From positions 6,291-70,290 of the forward strand of contig MNXM01000306.1 of NCBI GenBank assembly GCA_001872605.1: DNA of 64,000 nucleotides, written 5' to 3'. A model generated the notes under the pieces. It worked only from the letters and a program-made list of their open reading frames with translations. It ran no database searches and was not told the DNA's origin. Positions 56,797 to 64,000 of this stretch are shown here, in pieces (the stretch's first letter is position 1; each line of letters opens with the position of its first letter). The position numbers were made by a program, and so were the translations under genes. This DNA comes from Armatimonadetes bacterium CG2_30_59_28 (GTDB lineage: Bacteria > Armatimonadota > Abditibacteriia > CG2-30-59-28).

Positions 56797-59700
56797 TTAC
56801 CGCACATCAACCTGCACCTCAAGCGGATTGGAGCCTTTTTCGGCAAACCAGATGAGGTCGCCCTGGATCAAATCCCACTTCAGCGTGTAATCCCCCGGCG
56901 TCTCCGGCGCCTGAATCCTCGCAACGACGTCCACTGTATCGCCCTTTGAGACCGATGTCGAAAGGTTAGTCAGCAGCCCCTTGGTTACCACTGTCCTCCC
57001 GCTGCCGGAAAGCCATCGGTAGCTCAGTTGCACCGGCAAGGGGCCACCGGATTCCCACCGCAGCGCCCCGGTATTCTGGATGCGTATACGCACCGTGTAG
57101 GTCTGGCCGGCAACCTGCGTCTTGGGGCTGTCGTGACTGAGAAATTTCGCCAGGTACAGGCTGTCGACCGCCACGGGTATGTTCACCGTCGATGCGCCGC
57201 GGTTGCTGAACCATCCCTGGCCTTCCTGGAACAGGTCCCATTTCAGCGTGTAGACCCCGGGCATATCGGGAGCGCGCGTTTGGGCGTTAAGTGTCACTTC
57301 CTCCCCGAGGCTGACCGGGCGCTGCAAATCGGTGAGAATGGGCAGGCTCTCGACGTTGTTCCCCGATTCGTCGATCCAGTGGTATCCCAGCTTCACGGGA
57401 TTTCTCCCGCCCAGCGCCCAAGTGAGGGTCCCGGTGTTCCGTATCGAGATCGAGACAGTGTAAAGCTGACCGACAATCATGTTGTTCGGATGGCTGCGCG
57501 CCGTGAAAGTAGCCGCATAGGAGGGGCGCGCCACGATCACTCCTACGTCAAGGGGTCGAGATCCCTGAGTGGAGAACCACAGTGAATTTCCCTGCACCAG
57601 GTCCCACTGAAGGGTGTAGGTGCCGGGAACCACGGGCGATTGAACCTGAGCGACGACCCCGGCGGAGCGTCCCGGATCAACGTCGTATGGCAATGAGGTG
57701 AGTGCGCCGCCGGGCTGACTCGTCGGGATGGAGACCGTGTTCCCCTGGTCATCGATCCAGCGATACCCAACCCCGATGGCGTTGGGCCCCTGATAGTACC
57801 ACTTCATGGATCCCGTGTTCTTCAGCCTCAAGTTGGCGATGTAGATTTCTCCCGGAGTCATGCTCGAGGGAATGACGCGCTCCTCATATTCCACTCCATA
57901 CAAACTGACCACCGTCACCGGAGCCTCGAGACTTGTCGCGCCCATATCGGAGAACCATGTGTTGCCTCCGAGGCGCAGATCCCATCGCAGCACGTATTTT
58001 CCCTGGACATCGGGAGCGCGAACGCGCGCATCCACTTTGACTTCAGTCCCAGAGGGCACAACCGCGGGAACTGCTGTGATCAGGGGCGGATCGTCGAGTG
58101 GGGTTCCGTCCATGTTGTACCAGTGATAGCCCATGCCCACCGGCTGCTCCCCCGTGCCCTGCCAGGAAGTGGCTCCGGTGTTCCGGATGGTCACTTCCAC
58201 CGTGTATTGTTGGCTCGGGGTCATTCGTTCGGGCGTCCGCCCCCCGATGAACATGACACTGTAGGGCATTTCCACATTCACGCCCACGCGAATGGGCGAG
58301 GTATTACGCTGAGAAAACCAGAGCAGCTCTCCCTGGCGGAGGTCCCATTCCAGGATGTACTTCCCTTGTTCCGCCGGCGCTCTCACCTGCGCCTGCACAA
58401 CGGCCTGCTCCTCATAGTTGACCGGCACCGGCAACGGCGACTTCAGGCCGTGGGTAATTCGGCCCTTGTCGTCAATCCACCGATAGGAGATCTGCACAGC
58501 GTTGTTGCCGCTGTTCAGCCAGGTCATGGTACCGACATTGCGGAGGGTCAAATCAACGGTGTAGACTTGACTGCCGATCATCGTCGTGGGCGTGTTGTGC
58601 TGCAGGTACTCGACTCCGAAATCGCTGAGCAGCTTCACTTGCCGTGTTGCGAACGCCGTATCCTCTTCCTCGTCGGTTGCAGCTACCCGAAGCGTGTATA
58701 CCCCGGAAAGGCCGGATGTGTCCCAGCGCGCCAGCAGCCCGTCCTGAACCGGTGCGGTGATATTTTCCCGGATGGATACCCACTCGCTCGGGTTCTCGCC
58801 GACCCCATAGTCAACGCGTCCGGATTTAAGCGTGCCCGTTGCCGCGTTCAGGGAACCCAGGATGTCAACAATGCCCTGCACTCGCGCATCCGCCGGCGGG
58901 TGTGAGATGACGGCAACCGGCGGTTGCCGCCGCAGTTGCAGGACGAAGACGTCTTGATTGTTGTGCAGCGCCGCGTCAAAAACGATGCTGTCTCCCTGCG
59001 GAGACCAATCGGGAGATGAAACGCTGCCGCCGGCCGCGGGTGCCTCGCGAGCCGCCCCGCCCCCGCGACTGGCAAACCACAGCTCGCGACGACTATCGCG
59101 TTGCATCACGCCCACGAGTTTGGATCCGTTCGGGGACCACGACGGTTGCTCAAGCCCCCTAACGACGGAGTTTGGCTCGCCTCCGGTGCAGGGAATGACC
59201 CACGTTCCCCCCTTCCCCGGCTGCAGCGAAAAGTAGGCGATTATGCTGCCATCCGGAGACCAACTTGGGTCCCATGCGCCTGTCACCAGCAGTCGCGGGT
59301 TGCTGCCGTCAGACTGCATGACCCACAGGCTATCGGCGCCGTTCCTGTCGGAAACGAAGGCGATCTGCGACCCATCGGGCGACCAAGTGGGCATCCAATC
59401 GATGCTCTCGTTGTCTGTCAACTGGAGCTGCGTCGCGCGCTCCAAGTCTATAATCCATATATCCGGGTTGCCTCGACTCCCGCGATTGCTCGCGCAAGCG
59501 ATTCTCTTCCCATCCGGAGACCATGCAGGATCGTCGTAGAACTGGAAAGGCGACAAGGCTGCGGTGAGGCGATATGGATCTGTTCCGTCCGCATTCATGA
59601 TCCAGAGGTCTTTGTTCCCCTGGCGACCGGACACGAAGACGACCTTGGTCCCGTCGGGCGAGAATGAAGGTTTGGCGTCGGTTTCACGCTCGCGCGTCAG

Positions 59701-59832
59701 TGGGGACACGCGACCAACCGAATAGGCCGCCATCGAGATGGAAGTGAGCGAAAACAGCAGAAGCACTGCGGCAGGCACGGCAAAGCGCAGACGCGCGCCG
59801 GCTGTCGAACTGGTTGAGTTCGATCGATTCAT
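56797..59832 (-). CDS. large secreted protein: signal peptide, TolB-like beta-propeller (PD40 repeats), then six tandem ~100-aa Ig-like repeats
   Basis: Signal peptide 'MNRSNSTSSTAGARLRFAVPAAVLLLFSLTSISMAA' (GAAAGG RBS before ATG 59832). Repeated 'SWSPDGS' propeller blades. Six repeats share 'Y.V...RNTG...W......V.LGYHW.D..G......P......G.Y.L.WDL.QG...WF'. Confidence 0.7.
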   Translation of the reverse strand: MNRSNSTSSTAGARLRFAVPAAVLLLFSLTSISMAAYSVGRVSPLTRERETDAKPSFSPDGTKVVFVSGRQGNKDLWIMNADGTDPYRLTAALSPFQFYDDPAWSPDGKRIACASNRGSRGNPDIWIIDLERATQLQLTDNESIDWMPTWSPDGSQIAFVSDRNGADSLWVMQSDGSNPRLLVTGAWDPSWSPDGSIIAYFSLQPGKGGTWVIPCTGGEPNSVVRGLEQPSWSPNGSKLVGVMQRDSRRELWFASRGGGAAREAPAAGGSVSSPDWSPQGDSIVFDAALHNNQDVFVLQLRRQPPVAVISHPPADARVQGIVDILGSLNAATGTLKSGRVDYGVGENPSEWVSIRENITAPVQDGLLARWDTSGLSGVYTLRVAATDEEEDTAFATRQVKLLSDFGVEYLQHNTPTTMIGSQVYTVDLTLRNVGTMTWLNSGNNAVQISYRWIDDKGRITHGLKSPLPVPVNYEEQAVVQAQVRAPAEQGKYILEWDLRQGELLWFSQRNTSPIRVGVNVEMPYSVMFIGGRTPERMTPSQQYTVEVTIRNTGATSWQGTGEQPVGMGYHWYNMDGTPLDDPPLITAVPAVVPSGTEVKVDARVRAPDVQGKYVLRWDLRLGGNTWFSDMGATSLEAPVTVVSLYGVEYEERVIPSSMTPGEIYIANLRLKNTGSMKWYYQGPNAIGVGYRWIDDQGNTVSIPTSQPGGALTSLPYDVDPGRSAGVVAQVQSPVVPGTYTLQWDLVQGNSLWFSTQGSRPLDVGVIVARPSYAATFTARSHPNNMIVGQLYTVSISIRNTGTLTWALGGRNPVKLGYHWIDESGNNVESLPILTDLQRPVSLGEEVTLNAQTRAPDMPGVYTLKWDLFQEGQGWFSNRGASTVNIPVAVDSLYLAKFLSHDSPKTQVAGQTYTVRIRIQNTGALRWESGGPLPVQLSYRWLSGSGRTVVTKGLLTNLSTSVSKGDTVDVVARIQAPETPGDYTLKWDLIQGDLIWFAEKGSNPLEVQVDVR

Positions 59833-59942
59833 GGCGAGGCCTTTCTGATAGCGGGAGCGGCATACGGGGCAACACTGGGCCGTCACCCGTCGTATAGCCC
59901 TAACTCCAAAGTCTGAGGTGGTATTCTACACGATAGGGAAGT

Positions 59943-59988
59943 GAACGTCAACGTAAACAAGGATCGCGCGAGTGTCACGGACGTTGAC
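59943..59988. promoter_or_regulatory. inverted repeat (GTCAACGT ... ACGTTGAC) in the divergent intergenic region between the surface-protein gene and the GT-C gene
   Basis: gaacgtcaacgt(59943-59954) ... gtcacggacgttgac(59974-59988); candidate operator. Confidence 0.3.
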
Positions 59989-59996
59989 CCTATCAG

Positions 59997-61763
59997 GTGA
60001 TTTTGGTACACTCCATTTTGCCTGCAAACCCCTCGCAGGACTGCTCAGAGGAGAAGTCGGAGACAAAGGTGGCCGCCTTGCAGATTTCCCGCCGCGAAAA
60101 ACGCTGGCTGGTGGCGTTTTCGGTCGGCATCATGCTGTTGACGATGCTGCCGTATCTTTGCGCCTGGGGGATTACGCCACCCGGGATGCGATACCAGTGG
60201 CTCCTTTACAACCCCGATGAACCGAATGTCCACCTCGCATGGATGAGACAGGCTGCCGACGGGCACGCGGCATTTGTGGACCTTTTCACCACCGAACCTC
60301 AACCTCGGATGTTCGTCCATCTGCTTTTTCTTGCTTTGGGTCTGCTTTCGCGGGTTCTGCACCTTCCTTTGGTAACCACGTACCACGCATTCCGGATTCT
60401 CGCGGGGATTCTGCTGCTGCATTCCGTCTACTGGCTGGCCGCATATTTCTTTCGGTCAGTTTCTCTACGCAGGACAGCGGTCTGGGTGACCGCGGTCTCT
60501 TCCGGATTAGGGTGGCTTGCGTTCACGCTGAACGTTGCGTTCACGCTGAACGACGGCGGCTCTGCAAATCCCGACCTGTGGGGATTGCGCCCGGTGGACG
60601 TGAGCCGTGGTCTCATGATGCCGGAAGGATTCACGTTCCCGTCCTTGCTCCTCTATCCACTTTTCACCTTCTCCATGTTCCTGATGGTTTGCTGTTTTCT
60701 TTACCTGCTGTGGGGCATGGAGGGGAGCAGCCGCAAAGCCCTCATAGCAGCGGGGCTGTGCGGTTTGATCTTGGGCAACATTCATACCTACAATCTCCTC
60801 GTTGTATACGCTGTGCTGTTCTTCTATCTATTGACAGGGCCGAACCTGAAAAGGGCGTCTGTCCTACGTCCTTGTGGGAAGGTTGCTCTTTTCATTGCCA
60901 TCTCGTGCCCTGGTCTCATCTATCAATACATTAACTTCAGAACCAATCCCATCTTCCAGGAGAAGGCGCTCACACTGACTCACCCACAGCCTCCACTCGA
61001 CATGGCCGTCAGTTACGGAGCAGTACTGGCGTTAGCCGTTTTGGGAAGCGCCATGCTTCTCGAGAGGAAGCGCGAAGAGGTCTTTCTGGTCGTCTGGTTG
61101 TTTGTCGGCTCCGCGATCATTTACGCGCCCGTGTCTTTCTCCCGCAAGTTGATTGAGGGTCTGCACATCCCCATGAGCATCCTCGCCGCGTATGCCATCG
61201 TGCGTCTCATCAACGGACTGCTCCTCAAACGACGGACTGTTCGTTCCGCGGGTGGAGGACAGCAGCGACGTTTGCGAGGTGTTTTGATCGGGGTGGTCGT
61301 TCTCGGAATGAGTCTCTCGAACGTGCAGTTTCTGAAATTGGTGATGGAATGGGTGCCGGAGAATAACGCTTCACGGCTGGGGGCTTTGATGCCGCCGTAT
61401 TATCTTTCCGAGGACGACGTGGCTGCCACAGAGTGGCTGGAGAGTCACGCATCCGAGGACGCGATCGTTCTCTGTCTGCCGTACCTGGGGAGCTACCTCC
61501 CTTCGTTGACGGGGAAACGTGTGTTCATCGGTCATTGGGCTGAAACGCTGCGGTTCGCGGAAAAGCTGTCCTGGATTCGCGACTTCCTGGGTGGAGGCAC
61601 TCCGGCAGGTGGCATGGACGCGCTCGGCGAGTCTGGCCAGTCGGTCTACTTCGTTTACGGTCTCTACGAACGTCTGGTGACCCCCGCATGGGTTCCTCCG
61701 CCCGGGTGGAGAGAGGTCTTCCAGCGGGGCAGCGCCACAGTCTATCAGTACACGGGAACCTGA
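59997..61763 (+). CDS. GT-C fold polytopic membrane glycosyltransferase-like protein
   Basis: 12+ TM helices; first extracytoplasmic loop 'YNPDEPNVHLAWMRQAADGH' (DE motif typical of GT-C enzymes). Confidence 0.45.
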   Translation: MILVHSILPANPSQDCSEEKSETKVAALQISRREKRWLVAFSVGIMLLTMLPYLCAWGITPPGMRYQWLLYNPDEPNVHLAWMRQAADGHAAFVDLFTTEPQPRMFVHLLFLALGLLSRVLHLPLVTTYHAFRILAGILLLHSVYWLAAYFFRSVSLRRTAVWVTAVSSGLGWLAFTLNVAFTLNDGGSANPDLWGLRPVDVSRGLMMPEGFTFPSLLLYPLFTFSMFLMVCCFLYLLWGMEGSSRKALIAAGLCGLILGNIHTYNLLVVYAVLFFYLLTGPNLKRASVLRPCGKVALFIAISCPGLIYQYINFRTNPIFQEKALTLTHPQPPLDMAVSYGAVLALAVLGSAMLLERKREEVFLVVWLFVGSAIIYAPVSFSRKLIEGLHIPMSILAAYAIVRLINGLLLKRRTVRSAGGGQQRRLRGVLIGVVVLGMSLSNVQFLKLVMEWVPENNASRLGALMPPYYLSEDDVAATEWLESHASEDAIVLCLPYLGSYLPSLTGKRVFIGHWAETLRFAEKLSWIRDFLGGGTPAGGMDALGESGQSVYFVYGLYERLVTPAWVPPPGWREVFQRGSATVYQYTGT

Positions 61764-64000
61764 TGCGCCAACATGCACCCATCAAAGCGCCGCGCATATT
61801 TTCCAGCCTGCCCGGCTGGCCGAGGGATGCTGTCTGCTGCTTCTTATTGATTGTGCTCTCCGTTATCTTCCTCCACAAAGTCGTGTTCCTCGGGAAGGTT
61901 CTTCTTCCGGCGGATTTGCTGCTTCTGATGCCTCCGTGGAAATCCCATGCCGCAGAGATGTTCCCGGATTTTCATCGCGTCTACAACCCGATGCTCGATG
62001 TGATCCAGCAATACTATCCATGGCGGCTGTTCTCCTCAACCTGGATTCGTGAAGGAGTGCTTCCCCTTTGGAATCCCCACATGTTCTCCGGGACATCTTT
62101 CGTGGCGAACGGGCAATCTGCCATCTTCTATCCGCTGAACCTGCTCTTCTGCCTGATGCCGGTCAAGTTGGCGTTTGGATGGACGGCGGTGATGCATCTC
62201 GCCCTGATCGGGGTCAGCACCTACGGGTTCCTGCGGTGCATCCTGGCGCGCCGCGTCGCTGCGCTCACGGGTGCCGTCGCCTTCATGTTCTGCGGCTTTA
62301 TCTCAGCGTGGCTCGAGTTCACGACGTTCCTCTGCACGGCGACATGGCTGCCCATTTCTCTGTACATCTTCGAGCGGACGGTTTGCCGTCATTCATCGGT
62401 CGCGTCGGACCCAACACCACCCTCTCGGTTTTACGTCGGCATGTCGCTGACCGGACTTTCCCTGGGAATGGCTCTCCTGGCAGGACACCTGCAGATCGGG
62501 CTTTATGTGTGGCTCACCTTCGGGGCGTATGCGGCCTACCGAATGATTTCCGTCGGCAGCGTCATTCCAGGTCGCAGCCAGGAACGCGCACGCACGCCCA
62601 CACGCCCGCACTCGCCTGGCCGTTTTCTCTCAAGGGTTGTCTTAGCCGTGATGATCGGGCTTTTTGTTGGCGCGCCCCAGTGGTTGCCGGTGATGGAGCT
62701 GACCCACTTCAGCACCCGCGCGGGGGAATTCCGCCTTGAGAGCATTTGGGGAGCCCGATTGACGGTTACGCACCTGCTGACATTCCTCGTGCCCAACTTC
62801 TTCGGCAACCCGGTAGACTACAATTACTGGGGTTCGTTCAACTTCATTGAGTTGTCCGGCAGCATTGGGGTCGTGGCTCTTCTGCTCTGGGTCCCCGCTC
62901 TCGTCGCCCTCTTCCGACGGAAAGCCGACAGATGCGAGTCGCCCGACTCGCATCAGCAGACCGGTTTCTGGTTGGCCCTTCTCCTCGTCAGCATGTCTAT
63001 CGCCATGCTGACACCGCTCTACTACGTCTTCGTCCATTGCATCCCCGGGTTCGCGCAATTGCGGGGTCCCGCACGGGCACTGCTAATGATCGACTTCTCA
63101 GGGGCTGTGCTGGCAGCGCACGGTGTCGAAGCGCTGCTGAGACGCGTGGACGGAGAATCGAGACGCGCCCTGCACCGCGCCACGCTCATCGTTGCTGGAC
63201 TGCTCACGGGAGTGATGATGGTGGGTGTCCTGTTTCTTGCGCAGGAGTATCTGTCCGATTTTTTCTTCTCCTACGGAATGCGACAACTTGCCGTATTCGC
63301 GTGGTTCCTGGTCGTCGGAGTTCTGCTAATGCGCCGGGTGTCTCAGCGCCCATCAAATAACGGCAACGCCTACCAGCTCCCCTCGCTGGGGAGTCCTGCA
63401 ATGTTGGCGTACTTCCTCCCTGTTCTGGTCGCGGTGGAATTGTTTGTCGCCGACATGCGTTTCAACCCGCAACTTGATGCGGAGATGGTTTACTTCGACA
63501 CCCCGTCAACGCGCTACTTGCAGGAGGACCCGTCCATGTTCCGCGTGCTTGGCATCGGGACGAGTTTCCTGAACTGGTTACCATCCAATACGCTGATGTC
63601 CTTGGGACTGGAGGAGATTCAGGGGTCGGACTCGCTGTGGACGAGAAACTACGCAGGCTATCTGAACGACGTACAACCGGGCGCGCCAACATTCGGGTGG
63701 AACAGTCAACTTTCTCCGCGGTTGGATGATCTCAACGTGAAGTACGTGCTCGCACCCCCCAACATGGGCCTCGAGCCTCCTCCGGGAGAACTGATCCTTG
63801 ACGGCGACCTGCGGATCTATCGGAGACCGCACCCGAAGCCGAGATGTTATGTCGACGATGGCCGGGCATTGGAGTATCACTGGTTGAATCCTAACCACTT
63901 GCGGGTGCAAATTGGCGAGGGATCTGCCGGTGACACGGCCCTCCACTGGTCCAACGCGTGCTATCCTGGTTGGCAGGTGTGGGTCGATGGACAGCGAGGG
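61763..64000 (+). CDS. YfhO-family membrane protein (3'-truncated by window end; not in supplied ORF track)
   Basis: ATG at 61763-61765 overlaps the upstream stop (TGATG); frame +2 stays open to nt 64000 (~745 codons). Multiple TM helices; 'LTFLVPNFFGNPVDYNYWGSFNFIELSGSIGVVALLL' matches the YfhO signature. Confidence 0.55.
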   Translation, partial: MRQHAPIKAPRIFSSLPGWPRDAVCCFLLIVLSVIFLHKVVFLGKVLLPADLLLLMPPWKSHAAEMFPDFHRVYNPMLDVIQQYYPWRLFSSTWIREGVLPLWNPHMFSGTSFVANGQSAIFYPLNLLFCLMPVKLAFGWTAVMHLALIGVSTYGFLRCILARRVAALTGAVAFMFCGFISAWLEFTTFLCTATWLPISLYIFERTVCRHSSVASDPTPPSRFYVGMSLTGLSLGMALLAGHLQIGLYVWLTFGAYAAYRMISVGSVIPGRSQERARTPTRPHSPGRFLSRVVLAVMIGLFVGAPQWLPVMELTHFSTRAGEFRLESIWGARLTVTHLLTFLVPNFFGNPVDYNYWGSFNFIELSGSIGVVALLLWVPALVALFRRKADRCESPDSHQQTGFWLALLLVSMSIAMLTPLYYVFVHCIPGFAQLRGPARALLMIDFSGAVLAAHGVEALLRRVDGESRRALHRATLIVAGLLTGVMMVGVLFLAQEYLSDFFFSYGMRQLAVFAWFLVVGVLLMRRVSQRPSNNGNAYQLPSLGSPAMLAYFLPVLVAVELFVADMRFNPQLDAEMVYFDTPSTRYLQEDPSMFRVLGIGTSFLNWLPSNTLMSLGLEEIQGSDSLWTRNYAGYLNDVQPGAPTFGWNSQLSPRLDDLNVKYVLAPPNMGLEPPPGELILDGDLRIYRRPHPKPRCYVDDGRALEYHWLNPNHLRVQIGEGSAGDTALHWSNACYPGWQVWVDGQRG

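Noticed and set aside
62068-63360. Track ORFs 62068..62739+ and 62932..63360+
   Set aside because: Out-of-frame Arg/Pro-rich translations inside the long YfhO-like reading frame that runs 61763..64000.
1-64000. Searched for CRISPR arrays, rRNA/tRNA genes, transposase or integrase genes, and long direct repeats flanking the glycan locus
   Set aside because: No regularly spaced direct repeats, no tRNA-like cloverleaf-compatible segments in the intergenic gaps, and no transposase or integrase motifs were recognised. The locus does not look like a recently mobilised island, although GC dips at 3160-3530.

Overview
High-GC (~62-65%) bacterial chromosomal window. The first ~18 kb are on the + strand: two GT2 glycosyltransferases, a methyltransferase, galT, a GAF/PAS sensor histidine kinase with a stand-alone receiver, glgC, a sigma-B/F-type sigma factor fused to a degenerate GGDEF domain, cysS, a VanW/G5 protein and three secreted or membrane proteins. 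A contiguous ~38.6 kb block of minus-strand genes follows (17926-56509), with almost no intergenic space and many 4-bp start/stop overlaps. It is an ABC-transporter (Wzm/Wzt)-dependent glycan biosynthesis locus containing: (i) a pseudaminic/legionaminic-type nonulosonic acid pathway (PseB, PseC, NeuB-like synthase, CMP-sugar cytidylyltransferase, PseG-like, GNAT, PseA-like PP-loop amidotransferase, amidase, two formyltransferase-like proteins, PIG-L deacetylase); (ii) a GDP-6-deoxyhexose pathway (Gmd, DegT aminotransferase, cupin, methyltransferase); (iii) about ten GT2/GT4/GT9/GT-C glycosyltransferases, a sulfotransferase and a frameshifted gene remnant; (iv) a kinase-like/methyltransferase fusion and a KpsC/KpsS-like (Capsule_synth) transferase next to a Wzt carrying a C-terminal extension, consistent with a chain-terminator system. 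Upstream of the locus is a gene for a ~1000-aa secreted protein with an N-terminal TolB-like beta-propeller and six tandem ~100-aa repeats. The window ends with two translationally coupled GT-C/YfhO-type membrane proteins on the + strand; the second is absent from the supplied ORF track. Small-scale signals: a 5-copy heptanucleotide tandem repeat inside a GT2 gene, and a near-consensus sigma-70 promoter upstream of galT whose 17-nt spacer contains a C7 homopolymer (with C9, G6 and C7 tracts further upstream). No rRNA, tRNA, CRISPR array or obvious transposase was seen.
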